Sequence record: OZ335961.1
Length of the DNA: 64,000 nt
From: a phage
Direction: 5' to 3' (one strand)
A program made the position numbers and the translations under genes. The number at the start of each line of letters is the position of its first letter. Position 1 is the first letter of the stretch. The notes under the pieces were generated by a model, which saw only the letters and a program-made list of their open reading frames with translations, was not told where the DNA came from and made no database searches. Below, one piece after another: positions 10,591-20,749 of the stretch.

Positions 10591-10777
10591 TATCTAAAAT
10601 GTTGAAGTTAAAAGATACAGCCCAATCAGTGCAGACCGTAACCTTTTTAATACAATTATCTTCAACCTCTAGCGGTTCAAACCAATATTCAATAATTTCT
10701 TTATGCCCAATATCATCTTTTACTTCGCATTCAAAATGCTGACTCATCATAACATTTTTAAATTCATCAAAAGTCAT
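10514..10777 (-). CDS. Hypothetical protein (46.2 position)
   Basis: 87 aa ORF, stop/start coupled to gene 47. Confidence 0.5.
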   Translation of the reverse strand: MTFDEFKNVMMSQHFECEVKDDIGHKEIIEYWFEPLEVEDNCIKKVTVCTDWAVSFNFNILDNDTPKSLQDMAVSCIKDAYCEVFDI

Positions 10778-11793
10778 TGTGTTGCCTCTACATATAACTG
10801 ATTTGCATATTGAATAAGTGCTTCGCGGTCAGAATCAGTGATGTCTGGAATTGCATTAATGTATTCTTCCATCAACATCTGAAGAGATTGAACTTCAACT
10901 TCTTCACTATCATCTGACTCGACAGAGTTATCAATCTTTGACACAACTCGTAATGAATGCACAACTTTTTCTAGTTCAGATTCGAACTTCGTTAGATTTT
11001 TGTCTACTTCAGTTACTATAACACGCACTGATAGATTTGTAAAATCTTTATAGTCAATTTTTCCCTTAAATGGATACTGAATTCGACGATGCCAGGTGGT
11101 GTTGTTTGGAATAAATTCCATTCGTTCTGTTTCTGTATCAAACATCCAGAACCCGCGAGGGTCATTCTCGTCACCTGCAGTTAGTGTCCATGGTGTCCCA
11201 ATATATCTGACGTTAGCAGCCTCAGAGATAGTATGGAAGTGACCAGACCACACTTCCTTATAAGTCTTAAGGAAATCAGGTTCAAGACCGTGAGATTTCA
11301 TTCCTTTATAAAAATAAAATCCATTCAGTTCCCAGTGACCAACACAAAAAGAAGCAGATGAAGTTTTGATGTGTTCAAGAATTTCACCAGTATTTTCTTC
11401 GCACATCCAAGGAATTAAATCAATCAAACATCCGTCAAAATCTACTGTAGTAGGCTTATCATATACTTTAACATTAGGATATTTAGCCAAAAGCTCAGTA
11501 GAAGCATTTGGAGTTAAAGTATTTTTAAAGTGCATATCATGGTTTCCTACAACAGTATGTAGGGTAATACCAGCATCATCAAGCATTTGAACTATTTCAC
11601 GGGCGAATTCCATAGTTTTATGCGTGATTGCTTTTCGCACATCAAAAATATCGCCGTATTGAATCCATGCAGTAATTCCATTTTTCTTAGAATATTCTAT
11701 TGCTTGTTTAATTCCATCCAACTGAATGGATTGAACCCACTCATCATCGGCTTTAACACCTAAATGCCAATCACCTAAATTTAAAATTTTCAT
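10774..11793 (-). CDS. 47: Recombination endonuclease subunit gp47 (Mre11/SbcD-like phosphoesterase)
   Basis: 339 aa; metallophosphoesterase motifs (GDWHLG, GNHD, GHFH). Confidence 0.95.
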   Translation of the reverse strand: MKILNLGDWHLGVKADDEWVQSIQLDGIKQAIEYSKKNGITAWIQYGDIFDVRKAITHKTMEFAREIVQMLDDAGITLHTVVGNHDMHFKNTLTPNASTELLAKYPNVKVYDKPTTVDFDGCLIDLIPWMCEENTGEILEHIKTSSASFCVGHWELNGFYFYKGMKSHGLEPDFLKTYKEVWSGHFHTISEAANVRYIGTPWTLTAGDENDPRGFWMFDTETERMEFIPNNTTWHRRIQYPFKGKIDYKDFTNLSVRVIVTEVDKNLTKFESELEKVVHSLRVVSKIDNSVESDDSEEVEVQSLQMLMEEYINAIPDITDSDREALIQYANQLYVEATQ

Positions 11794-11930
11794 ATATCAA
11801 GAACCGTCATTGAAATGCAAAATAAAATTATTGAAATAAATCCATCTGGAGTGCTAAAGAACCCAATCCAACACGCTCTAGTGAATAGATAAAATGCGAG
11901 AAAAAGTATCACATATCCAAGAAATATCAT
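11790..11930 (-). CDS. Small hydrophobic protein (46 aa), not in ORF track
   Basis: ATG 11930 with GGAG SD; stop TGA overlaps gene 47 ATG (ATGA); sequence MIFLGYVILFLAFYLF... Confidence 0.45.
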   Translation of the reverse strand: MIFLGYVILFLAFYLFTRACWIGFFSTPDGFISIILFCISMTVLDI

Positions 11931-11953
11931 TATATCAAACTCCGTATAAAGCT

Positions 11954-11971
11954 AAAGGGCCGAAGCCCTTT
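11954..11971 (-). other. C(UUCG)G tetraloop hairpin between a-gt and 47
   Basis: AAAGGGCCGAAGCCCTTT. Confidence 0.6.
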
Positions 11972-13172
11972 ATTTTGTAATAATGTCAAACTGTTCTTTA
12001 AAACAGAAGCTTGAATCTTGATGCTGATACAAAAATTCATAAGCTTTTTCACGTTCACGGTCATAAAGATTTCGGTCAGATGACAGTTCTTTAATACGCT
12101 CAAATGTTGATTCCATGTCATTTTCATCAAACCAAACGATACCGCTATCATGAGAAATTAACGGAGTATTATCAACACGGAATTTTAAATTTTCGCCAGT
12201 AGATTTCCAAAATACCGGAATTGTTCCACACGCACCAAGCTCGAGATGAGTATATTCTAAAGAACGTTGTAGATATTTTTTATCTAATTTACTCAGCTGA
12301 TAACCAAATCCGGATTTACTCATGCGTTCAAGCATTTCGCTATTTACATAACGGTCAAGAATTTGCGTTGGCAAATTAGGAGCAATTTTAATTTGGTCTA
12401 CTTGATGAAGACGATAATACTCGTATGGAATTCCTTTTTCTTTAATAGGAATGAACGCTGGAGAACGTTCCAGACCTTCCATAATAGTACTTAGTCCTGC
12501 AGGTTTAAGATGTTTTTCGTGAAAATCAAACATCTGATAAAAGCCTTTCCATGTAGTCGTACGACCAATCCAACGGTTGACATTCATGTTAATTTCAGAA
12601 ACATCTTTCCAGTAGGTTGATCGAACCTTCACAATATCCATAGGAGGCTGAAAGTTGTATACAGTCGGTGCTTCTTCAATATCATCAAACAGTGAAACAG
12701 TTTCTGGATACCATTCTTTCATCAAAACTTTATTAAAATCGCCATTATCAGAATGACTAAAAATAACATCAGCTCGACGAACAGTTTCTTCTAATCCCAA
12801 ATTTCGGCGCAAAGAAAGAGAAGAATGGTCATGTTGATAAACTACAACACGAACCGAAGGTTTAATGTTATCAATAATTTTTTTATAGTTATTAATAGTG
12901 TCTTCTTCGACTGAAGTAGCAGGAACTGAATTGATAATTAGAATATCACAATCATTTACCAGCTTAAGTGTTTTATCGTATTCTTTTGCCAATAAAACCG
13001 GAATTGAAAATGATTTATAATCATGCGCGCAATTACGGGTAAATGATTTATCTTTAGCATAAACCAAAGTTACTTCATGACCATTTTTAATAAACCAATC
13101 ACGTTGCTCAAGAGAAAATTTAGTTACGCCACAACCTTCAAGACCTCGAGCCATAAAAATGCATACTTTCAT
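11970..13172 (-). CDS. a-gt: DNA alpha-glucosyltransferase
   Basis: 400 aa, high identity to T4 a-gt as recalled (CIFMARGLEGCGVTKFSLEQRDWF...). Confidence 0.93.
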   Translation of the reverse strand: MKVCIFMARGLEGCGVTKFSLEQRDWFIKNGHEVTLVYAKDKSFTRNCAHDYKSFSIPVLLAKEYDKTLKLVNDCDILIINSVPATSVEEDTINNYKKIIDNIKPSVRVVVYQHDHSSLSLRRNLGLEETVRRADVIFSHSDNGDFNKVLMKEWYPETVSLFDDIEEAPTVYNFQPPMDIVKVRSTYWKDVSEINMNVNRWIGRTTTWKGFYQMFDFHEKHLKPAGLSTIMEGLERSPAFIPIKEKGIPYEYYRLHQVDQIKIAPNLPTQILDRYVNSEMLERMSKSGFGYQLSKLDKKYLQRSLEYTHLELGACGTIPVFWKSTGENLKFRVDNTPLISHDSGIVWFDENDMESTFERIKELSSDRNLYDREREKAYEFLYQHQDSSFCFKEQFDIITK

Positions 13173-13196
13173 TTAATATCCTCATTGTTTTGGTTT

Positions 13197-13221
13197 ATTT
13201 TACCAAAAATTTATAAAGCAA
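13197..13221 (-). promoter_or_regulatory. Candidate MotA-dependent middle promoter for a-gt (MotA box TTGCTTTA, -10 TAAAAT)
   Basis: mRNA-sense TTGCTTTATAAATTTTTGGTAAAAT about 25-50 nt upstream of a-gt ATG. Confidence 0.45.
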
Positions 13222-13222
13222 T

Positions 13223-13242
13223 ATAGGAGCCGAAGCTCCTAT
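13223..13242 (-). other. UUCG tetraloop hairpin upstream of a-gt
   Basis: ATAGGAGCCGAAGCTCCTAT. Confidence 0.55.
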
Positions 13243-13415
13243 CCGCATAATACACCATACAGAGGCTCATTAGAGCTTCTAAATTTTATACGTTTATGTG
13301 TTATAGTTCCTTTTGCTTTAGCTTTATCATGAGACTCTTTAAAGCGTCTCATCATTTCTACTTTAAAGGAACGAATTTTATTATAATCTATTTCAGAAGT
13401 CTGGGCGTTCATCTT

Positions 13416-13622
13416 TCACAGTTGCCACCATTTTTTGACTTGATAAGAATCAACCCACACTTTCATATTAGGGTCTGCTCTTACAATAGGAGGATTAACT
13501 TCTTTAATTGAACTATCATGGTATTCCTTTTCAGAAATTTTCACGCAAAGATGACCATTCAAAGATTCAGTAAATCCTGCATTAATTTTAAGACGCTTGA
13601 ATTTTACGTGTGTAAGCATCAA
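13416..13622 (-). CDS. Hypothetical protein
   Basis: 68 aa ORF tiled downstream of next gene. Confidence 0.4.
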   Translation of the reverse strand: MMLTHVKFKRLKINAGFTESLNGHLCVKISEKEYHDSSIKEVNPPIVRADPNMKVWVDSYQVKKWWQL

Positions 13623-13905
13623 TCATATCCTCAATCTGCGATCTAGTAGTCTTCCAAAGAATACTAATGAGTTCATCGTTATATGGCTGTTTTAGAATAT
13701 CCCGACTTTTCTTGATAGCATATTCGTATTGAGCAAAATTATTGTTTTCAGCTGCAATCTGAGCGTGCTTATAAAGACGGTTCAGTTCGCGTTTGTTTTT
13801 AGACAATAACTTATTTGCTTTTCTTTCTGCTTCAAGACGGTTCTTTTCTTCAATAGAAGAAATAAGCTTTTCCACTTCATCATTAATTTCGGGTTTATCA
13901 GTCAT
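13588..13905 (-). CDS. Hypothetical coiled-coil protein
   Basis: 105 aa, charged/helical. Confidence 0.5.
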   Translation of the reverse strand: MTDKPEINDEVEKLISSIEEKNRLEAERKANKLLSKNKRELNRLYKHAQIAAENNNFAQYEYAIKKSRDILKQPYNDELISILWKTTRSQIEDMIDAYTRKIQAS

Positions 13906-13906
13906 A

Positions 13907-14125
13907 TTATTTCTCTAATATAAAATAAAAATCATCATCTGTTAAATGATACCGATAGTTTAATTCTACACCATTAGATTTAAAAGCGGTATCATACGGA
14001 TTTTCTGGATCAATATCAATGTCAAGAGCTAAAACTTCCCTGAGATACATTTTAAGTAAATAGGGAATAGCTTCAACTTCAGGTATTTCTTCCAAGAATC
14101 CGGAGAGGTTAATCGTTAGCCTCAT
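13907..14125 (-). CDS. Hypothetical protein
   Basis: 72 aa, start adjacent to gene 55 stop. Confidence 0.5.
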
Positions 14126-14666
14126 ATAAAAAATCCAAACTAGGAGAATCGTCTACAACACTTTTCTTTTCAGCCCCCGGTGTTCTATAGGTTGATTCTT
14201 CGTAATGCGTCATTTTATCGTAGATGTCTTGAATAAAAGTTTCATCTACTAACGCAACCATATCGTCGTCACGACTGTCATAGACATTGTGAACGAAGTA
14301 ACTGTATTTCTTTGCAACTTCCTTACGTTCTTTTTTAATACGTTGGACGAATGCATTAAAACAAGCTTGAGTTATATATGCATGTGGGTTTTTATATTTC
14401 GTTTCATCAAAATTATGAAGTCCCTTAATAGAAGCTTCTATACCATCTGCAATCATTTCTTGTTTCCAGGATTGGGTGTATCCTGAAAAGTTGAAACGTT
14501 TAGATAAGCCTTCTGCGATAAGCATAATGGCTAATCCGATAGTATCATTCTGACGAACTACTTTATTTGGGTCTTTATTATTTGCTAATTCTGTTTTCCA
14601 ATCAATAATAGCTTGTAAAAGCTCTTTATTGTTTACGTAATTATATTTAGGCTTAGTTTCTGACAT
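14109..14666 (-). CDS. 55: Late sigma factor gp55
   Basis: Matches T4 gp55 from ATG at 14666 ([17 protein letters not shown]...); ORF-track start 14672 is GTG; SD GAGGTG. Confidence 0.93.
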
Positions 14667-14744
14667 TTTCACCTCTTAGCTCAATTCATAGATCTATTAT
14701 ATCATAATATTTGAAGATCTATCTTAAAGCATAGAGGGTATCAG

Positions 14745-15014
14745 TTATCTAAGTAAGCAGTATGCTTGGAATACTTTCTCCATCATCTTTTTAAATTCAT
14801 GAATATCTATATAATGACTAGTTAAATCAGCATGATATAAAAAGTCTAAAAACTTTTCATGTGTGCTAACATATTCACTTTCATTTAATTCAGAAACATG
14901 GCTTTCCCAATATCCAACACCAGTCTTATTTGGGAAAAATGAAATTTTCATGTATTGGTCAACATAGAAAATGCCATAATTTTCAATAGTAATAGAAATA
15001 TTAATAAATTTCAT
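14745..15014 (-). CDS. Hypothetical protein
   Basis: 89 aa tiled ORF. Confidence 0.5.
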   Translation of the reverse strand: MKFINISITIENYGIFYVDQYMKISFFPNKTGVGYWESHVSELNESEYVSTHEKFLDFLYHADLTSHYIDIHEFKKMMEKVFQAYCLLR

Positions 15015-15232
15015 GCATTCATCAACTTAGCCGCTTCAAGAGCTGCATCTAGTGAATCAAACTGGTCAACGTATTCAATCAATTCGCCATAATTAGCGTA
15101 TAACCACCATTGGCTAAATTCATACTCAAGGATGAATCCATTTCCTTCAATTTGAGTTAAACCAATGCCATTTGTATTTACTTCATATCCGGCAAGACGT
15201 AAATCGTTAATAAGAGCTTCGTTCATATTCAT
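15011..15232 (-). CDS. Hypothetical protein
   Basis: 73 aa, stop/start overlap with neighbours. Confidence 0.5.
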   Translation of the reverse strand: MNMNEALINDLRLAGYEVNTNGIGLTQIEGNGFILEYEFSQWWLYANYGELIEYVDQFDSLDAALEAAKLMNA

Positions 15233-15555
15233 ACCTTAGCAATTTTCAGGTCAGCAAATTTTTTCTTGCGTTGATTTTTCATACGACGAATAGTTTTATC
15301 AGAAATTTCATGCTTTTGATAAGCTTTAGATTCTACGCCAAAAGCTTTAACATCAAATTCTGACAAGATATATTGAACCAACAATTCGCGGACAGTATTG
15401 CGTCCAATCTTCTGATCGTTCTGTTTCATCGTCTGATGAAGCTCTTTTTCCCATTTATCCAAAATTTGAGGAGTTACAATATCGCCTTTTTCTAGCAAAG
15501 AAACTACTTTATCATATGCATAAGAATTGATGGCGTTTTTAATTTGAATAGTCAT
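15229..15555 (-). CDS. Hypothetical protein
   Basis: 108 aa, basic C-terminus. Confidence 0.5.
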   Translation of the reverse strand: MTIQIKNAINSYAYDKVVSLLEKGDIVTPQILDKWEKELHQTMKQNDQKIGRNTVRELLVQYILSEFDVKAFGVESKAYQKHEISDKTIRRMKNQRKKKFADLKIAKV

Positions 15556-15592
15556 ACATTATCCTCAATTACATTAAAATTTTATTATCCAA

Positions 15593-15609
15593 AAAGGGCC
15601 GAAGCCCTT
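15593..15609 (-). other. C(UUCG)G tetraloop hairpin
   Basis: AAAGGGCCGAAGCCCTT. Confidence 0.6.
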
Positions 15610-15808
15610 AGCTAAACTGTTTGGCACCCTTCCAGCCTTCGTACATCATTGCAGCTGATATTAATATTGCTCCTGCGCATTTTGAATATTTGTGATTCCA
15701 AAACCAATTTAGAAAAACTTCGTCATCAATACCTTGGGCTATCATATTTTCAAAGAACTGGCGACGAGCTTCAGCAATTCGTTGCGATAATTTAGATTCA
15801 GGATTCAT
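15608..15808 (-). CDS. Hypothetical protein
   Basis: 66 aa tiled ORF. Confidence 0.45.
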   Translation of the reverse strand: MNPESKLSQRIAEARRQFFENMIAQGIDDEVFLNWFWNHKYSKCAGAILISAAMMYEGWKGAKQFS

Positions 15809-15946
15809 TTAAATTTTCCAGTTACCATTTTCATCAATAAATTTAATCCAGTCATTTACTGACCACTTGGTCGTATCGCCTTTGGAGCAACATTTAAAGT
15901 GTATAATCCTTGTTTAAAAAGCATGCGTTTGATATTCATATTTTCC

Positions 15947-16240
15947 TCAGCTGTAACGATAGCACTCGTTTGATTTACGCTTAGCAACTCGTTGAGAAGT
16001 ATTATAATCAAAATCATCATCAATGTAAACTGATTTTTTCAACTTTCTTACTTCACCACGTAATTGACGATTTAGCTCATCTTTAACTTCTGAATCAATG
16101 CCTTTCATTCTACGCCATTTATCTGAGCGAAAAATGTTTTCAACCATATCTTTATAACTTACACCATCAGGAGCTTTACGCTTTCCGAAATAGTCATAAT
16201 CACGAACTTTCAAGTCTTTACGACGATACGTTTTACCCAT
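15947..16240 (-). CDS. Highly basic small protein, probable nucleic-acid binding
   Basis: ATG at 16240 (MGKTYRRKDLKVRDY...), SD AAGGAA; Lys/Arg-rich. Confidence 0.5.
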   Translation of the reverse strand: MGKTYRRKDLKVRDYDYFGKRKAPDGVSYKDMVENIFRSDKWRRMKGIDSEVKDELNRQLRGEVRKLKKSVYIDDDFDYNTSQRVAKRKSNECYRYS

Positions 16241-16409
16241 GGAGTTTAATTTCCTTAGCAACTGAACTAAATACAGCACGATCACAAATCAAGTGTTTAT
16301 TCCATTTAAGTAAAATATAGTGAACCTCAAAATCATCTACTGCTGTAACAATAACAATATGTCCGTTAACACGATAATACTGATCTCTTTTAATCTCTTT
16401 ATCAACCAT
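16233..16409 (-). CDS. Small protein (58 aa), not in ORF track
   Basis: ATG 16409 with GAGGA SD; stop overlaps next gene start; early promoter copy upstream. Confidence 0.45.
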   Translation of the reverse strand: MVDKEIKRDQYYRVNGHIVIVTAVDDFEVHYILLKWNKHLICDRAVFSSVAKEIKLHG

Positions 16410-16437
16410 ATCAAATCCTCAAAGGCAATTCATATGT

Positions 16438-16470
16438 TAATAATACCACAGTTTGAACTTCCTGTAAACA
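16438..16470 (-). promoter_or_regulatory. T4-type early promoter
   Basis: mRNA-sense GTTTACA then 17 nt then TGTGGTATTAT. Confidence 0.5.
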
Positions 16471-16567
16471 ACTTTGTGAAAATTATTTTAGGGAACGATA
16501 AGAAGGGAACGATAGCTTAGAATGGTAATATACAGAATGTGAGAAAGAAAGGCCCAGAGGGCCCGTC

Positions 16568-16876
16568 TTAATCTTCTATGATATCTCTATCATATCCAAG
16601 TGAAATGAGAGTTTCTTTGAAGTGTTTAATGTTCTTTTGTCTAGAATCATTGATGAAAATGACTGGATAACGAATGTTAAGAGATGTGAATCCAGCGCGT
16701 TTAGCAAGAGATACAATCAGTGGACGATCATACTCAATCTTACCATTATTTGTAAGAACTTTATAGAAAGTAAAAGGAGCATTGAGCTCCTTTAGAAGTT
16801 TTGTAACTGATTGACATCCAGGACAACGACCTACTTCATCTGGAATTCCATAGACTTCAATCTTGTTTTGTTTCAC
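16568..16876 (-). CDS. nrdH: NrdH-like glutaredoxin
   Basis: 102 aa, CPGC redox motif, adjacent to nrdG/nrdD. Confidence 0.8.
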   Translation of the reverse strand: MKQNKIEVYGIPDEVGRCPGCQSVTKLLKELNAPFTFYKVLTNNGKIEYDRPLIVSLAKRAGFTSLNIRYPVIFINDSRQKNIKHFKETLISLGYDRDIIED

Positions 16877-16878
16877 AA

Positions 16879-17091
16879 CTATTCCTTACTAAGAACAGCA
16901 TTCAGTTTGTTAGTAATTTTATCCAGACGCTCATTGAACTCGCTAGAAGACAGTCCTTTTTCTGGAGAAATCAAACTAATCACGAAAAATATAGCAATAA
17001 AAGGAATAAGAAAAATAGCTCCAACTGCCATAAACAAAAAGAATGTTACTGTTGTAAGAAAATCAGCTAAACCTTTACGAAATTTATACAT
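16879..17091 (-). CDS. Small membrane protein
   Basis: 70 aa, two hydrophobic helices. Confidence 0.5.
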   Translation of the reverse strand: MYKFRKGLADFLTTVTFFLFMAVGAIFLIPFIAIFFVISLISPEKGLSSSEFNERLDKITNKLNAVLSKE

Positions 17092-17206
17092 ATTTTACCC
17101 TTAATTGATTAACCAAGCATTGATAAGCACTAAACTATATTGTGAATAAAATTCTGGACCAAAATGAAAAATCATATCATTTATAGTGTCCATAATATAA
17201 TTCAAT

Positions 17207-17677
17207 TTAATCATGTTTCCACACCCCATCGGTATTTGACCAAAGTCGCTGATTATCTGATCCTCGCCACAGCTTTTTGGTCGGAAGATTTTTCTCATAC
17301 TTCCCATCAATAATAACATCAACATATTTAAGCATTTCTAGTTGTTTAATATCTTCAAACTTATATCCTGTCCACAACCAAATGCTTTTATTGGGATAAA
17401 GATTTTTTACTGTTTGAACAATGCAATGAACAACATCTCGGTTATCAGGATAGAGGGGGTCTCCTCCAGTTATAGTTAATCCTTCTATATAATCATTATT
17501 CAAACATTCAATTAATTGCTCTAGTGTTTCACCAGTGAATGGAATACCATTTCTAGCATTCCATGTTGATTTATTATAACACCCCTCGCATTTATGCAAA
17601 CAACCTGTAACGAAAAGAACGACCCTGCATCCAGGGCCATTCACAAAATCGCAAGGATAAAATCTATCATAATTCAT
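17207..17677 (-). CDS. nrdG: Anaerobic ribonucleotide reductase activase NrdG (radical SAM)
   Basis: 156 aa, Cys cluster CLHKCEGC, coupled to nrdD. Confidence 0.92.
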   Translation of the reverse strand: MNYDRFYPCDFVNGPGCRVVLFVTGCLHKCEGCYNKSTWNARNGIPFTGETLEQLIECLNNDYIEGLTITGGDPLYPDNRDVVHCIVQTVKNLYPNKSIWLWTGYKFEDIKQLEMLKYVDVIIDGKYEKNLPTKKLWRGSDNQRLWSNTDGVWKHD

Positions 17678-19491
17678 TGGTGTTTAACCCTATGCATGAT
17701 TTCTTTATTTTTGCCGAGATTAAATCCGCGTTCGTTCGGATTTCCCAAATAACCACAAGTTCTTCTTATTGTGTTCATCTTTTTAGGATCAGTTTCTCCA
17801 CAAATAGAACAAACAAATCCGTTTTCAGTAGGAGTCATTTCATGTGTACTTCCGCATGTAAAACATTTATCTACTGGCATATTAACACCAAAATAATCTA
17901 AATGTTGTGCAGCATAATCCCATACAGCCTCAAGACCTTTTAAGTTATTTTTCATATCAGGAAGTTCAACATAAGAAATGTGACCACCTGTCGCAATGAA
18001 ATGATATGGTGCTTCTCGAGAAATCTTTTCAAACGGAGTAATATTTTCTTCTACTGAAACGTGGAAACTGTTAGTGTACCAGCCTTTATCAGTAACATCC
18101 TTTACACTTCCATATTTTTCAGTATCAAGTTTACAGAAGCGATAGCACAGGTTTTCAGCAGGTGTAGAATACAAACTAAAAGCAAAACCGGTTCTTTCAG
18201 TCCACTGTTTAAGACGAGCATTCATTTTAGTCAAAATTTCCTGTCCAATATCACGACCGACAAGAATATTCAATTCGTGAATACCAATGTATCCTAGGGA
18301 CACTGAACTTCTACCGTTTTTAAATAACTCAATTATGTCGTCATCAGGTTTAAGACGAACCCCGAATGCACCTTCTTGGTAAAGAATAGGAGCAACAGTC
18401 GCTTTAACTCCTTTTAAGGAACTAATTCTACACATCAAAGCTTCAAAACACAAATCCATTCGTTCATTGAACAATTCGGCAAATTTCTGTTCATTGAATT
18501 GTGTTCCAATATAAGAATCTAACGCAATGCGAGGAAGATTTAGTGTTACAACGCCAAGATTATTACGTCCATCAAGAATTTCATTACCAGTCGAATCTTT
18601 CCATACACTTAAGAAACTACGGCAACCCATTGGAGAAACAGGAATAGATGAACCGGTGATAGCTTTATTGTTCTTAGCTGAAATAATATCAGGATACATT
18701 CTTTTGCTTGCACACTCTAGAGCAAGCTGCTTAATATCATAGTTCGGATCGTCTTTATAAAGATTGACACCCTCTTCAACGAACATAACAAGTTTAGGGA
18801 AAATAGGAGTTATCCCATCACGACCAAGGCCTTTAATACGATTTTTCAGAATTGCTTTCTGAATCATTCGTTCGGTCCAGTCAGTTCCCGTACCAAACGT
18901 AATTGTTACAAAAGGCGTTTGTCCGTTTGAACTAAAGAGAGTATTTACTTCGTATTCATAAGCTTGGAATGCATCGTATACGTCTTTTTCTGTTTTAGAT
19001 TGGGCGTAATTCAACGCATCAGCGATTTGCCATTTTTCTGCATCCTCAATATGTTTTGCATAGGTGCGTTTAACATAAGGAGAAAGTACTTTATCTACAT
19101 TCGCAAAAGTCGTTCCGCCATATTGATGAGAAGCAACCTGTGCAGTAATTTGTGCCATAATTGCAGTAGCAACGCCGATTGATTTAGGAGTTTCAATCTG
19201 TGCATTACCGAGCTTAAATCCGTTTTCAAGCATTCCTTTTAAATCTACTAAACAGCAATTAGTAAATGGAAGAGCAGGGGAATAATCAATATCATGGAAA
19301 TGGATAATTCCGCTTTCATGCGCTTTCATAATAAAAGACGGGACCATATTTTTGGCAATGTGTTTAGACACAATACCAGCCATAAGGTCCCGTTGAGTTG
19401 GAAAAACACGAGAATCTTTATTAGCATTCTCGTTCAAAAGGTCTTTATTAGTTTTATGAATCAATCCTTCAATTTCTTTTTCAATTGTCAT
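17674..19491 (-). CDS. nrdD: Anaerobic ribonucleotide reductase NrdD (glycyl radical enzyme), uninterrupted
   Basis: 605 aa continuous ORF; C-terminal glycyl radical motif RTCGYLG; no intron detected. Confidence 0.95.
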   Translation of the reverse strand: MTIEKEIEGLIHKTNKDLLNENANKDSRVFPTQRDLMAGIVSKHIAKNMVPSFIMKAHESGIIHFHDIDYSPALPFTNCCLVDLKGMLENGFKLGNAQIETPKSIGVATAIMAQITAQVASHQYGGTTFANVDKVLSPYVKRTYAKHIEDAEKWQIADALNYAQSKTEKDVYDAFQAYEYEVNTLFSSNGQTPFVTITFGTGTDWTERMIQKAILKNRIKGLGRDGITPIFPKLVMFVEEGVNLYKDDPNYDIKQLALECASKRMYPDIISAKNNKAITGSSIPVSPMGCRSFLSVWKDSTGNEILDGRNNLGVVTLNLPRIALDSYIGTQFNEQKFAELFNERMDLCFEALMCRISSLKGVKATVAPILYQEGAFGVRLKPDDDIIELFKNGRSSVSLGYIGIHELNILVGRDIGQEILTKMNARLKQWTERTGFAFSLYSTPAENLCYRFCKLDTEKYGSVKDVTDKGWYTNSFHVSVEENITPFEKISREAPYHFIATGGHISYVELPDMKNNLKGLEAVWDYAAQHLDYFGVNMPVDKCFTCGSTHEMTPTENGFVCSICGETDPKKMNTIRRTCGYLGNPNERGFNLGKNKEIMHRVKHQ

Positions 19492-19961
19492 TTTAAACTC
19501 TTTCTAAGCTGCTTCTTAAATGAAGCTATTAATTGTGTTTTAGTGTCAGATTCATTATATTCAAATCCTCTTTGAAGCATCTCAGCCATCATTTCCTCTT
19601 TTCCTAAACGAGAAAATTCCTTTGATTTATCTCCAACGAAGTTAGGGTGAATATTATTTTGGGTGTAATCGGATTTTAAATAAGTAAGTAAATTTTCTAA
19701 CCATTCAAGATAATCAACACCTTGTCCCTTTAAGCCAGAACGATTGAATTTATGCTTCATTTGACCTTCTGCAGCATTACAGAGATTACAGAGCAATCCA
19801 CGTACCTTTCCTGCTTTTGGTCCATTTAATTCATGGTCATGGTCAAGGTGATTAGCTTGAACATCAGGATTTAGTTCTCGTTGGCAAATTAAGCATTTAC
19901 CGTTTTGTGCATCATAAAATTTCTGTTTTTCTTCTTTGTATAATTTGCCAGTCAATAACAT
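19488..19961 (-). CDS. 49: Endonuclease VII (Holliday junction resolvase) gp49
   Basis: 157 aa, matches T4 gp49 (MLLTGKLYKEEKQKFYDAQNGKCLICQREL...). Confidence 0.93.
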   Translation of the reverse strand: MLLTGKLYKEEKQKFYDAQNGKCLICQRELNPDVQANHLDHDHELNGPKAGKVRGLLCNLCNAAEGQMKHKFNRSGLKGQGVDYLEWLENLLTYLKSDYTQNNIHPNFVGDKSKEFSRLGKEEMMAEMLQRGFEYNESDTKTQLIASFKKQLRKSLK

Positions 19962-20003
19962 AATAAAACCCTTACCTTGAATAGATAAGGGTATTTATTA
20001 TTT

Positions 20004-20180
20004 TCAAGTATTGTAAAACATTCGATGCAATCGCTTATATTGTCGAATCATCTTTTTAGTAGGACGAGAATAAGTTCCTATACAAGTGGTCATATTAGGG
20101 TCAGTAGGACTTCCTTTAATAAAAAGTTTCCAAACCTTACCACCATTTAACTTTTCAGTATAAATTAATTCGGTTTTCAT
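20004..20180 (-). CDS. Small basic protein (58 aa), not in ORF track
   Basis: ATG 20180 overlaps upstream stop (TAATG); sequence MKTELIYTEKLNGGKVWKLF... Confidence 0.45.
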   Translation of the reverse strand: MKTELIYTEKLNGGKVWKLFIKGSPTDPNMTTCIGTYSRPTKKMIRQYKRLHRMFYNT

Positions 20181-20644
20181 TAAAACGCTCGGTCAGAAAA
20201 AGAAATTTGAGTTTCAAGCCATTCAATATATTCTGCCGCAGCTTGCATCAAATTTCCTTCATAACCATCGTTATTTTCTTGTGCAGCTAATTTAGCTAAT
20301 GCATATGAAATACGTTCACCTTGAAAAGCGGCTTTAGGTTTATGAATAGCTTGATCAATTCGTTCTACAACTTCTTCAATTTCGCCATTTTCTGCGGATT
20401 CAGTATTCCACAAGCACCAATACGTAATTGGCTTATCATAGATGTTAACAATCTTTCCATCAGAAAGTTCAATTTCAATAATTCCAGTATCAGGTTCTAT
20501 ATCATCTTCGCATTCTTTTGCAAGTTCACGAACTTTAAAGACAGTACCTGCACTAAGTTCCGGCCAGTAATTACACAGCCCTTTATCAGCACGATTAATT
20601 CTAAACCACTTATCTACTGCAATCATATCCCATCTCCATATCAA
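20180..20644 (-). CDS. Hypothetical protein
   Basis: 154 aa ORF in the 49-nrdC interval. Confidence 0.5.
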   Translation of the reverse strand: MIWRWDMIAVDKWFRINRADKGLCNYWPELSAGTVFKVRELAKECEDDIEPDTGIIEIELSDGKIVNIYDKPITYWCLWNTESAENGEIEEVVERIDQAIHKPKAAFQGERISYALAKLAAQENNDGYEGNLMQAAAEYIEWLETQISFSDRAF

Positions 20645-20749
20645 TTAAGTCATTTATCGTTGGTTCATTATATACTGTTTCTTCATCAGTGTAAACCGGT
20701 TCTTCCGGCTCTGGCTCTACTGTTTCCCATCTAGCCGCCCACCAAGGTT

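Noticed and set aside
11930-12151. 73-aa minus-strand ORF overlapping the 3' end of a-gt
   Set aside because: Lies in a different frame entirely within the a-gt coding sequence; the genuine small gene is the adjacent 11790-11930 ORF.
20180-20644. Assignment as pin (protease inhibitor)
   Set aside because: Based only on map position relative to gene 49; I cannot recall the Pin sequence well enough to support it.
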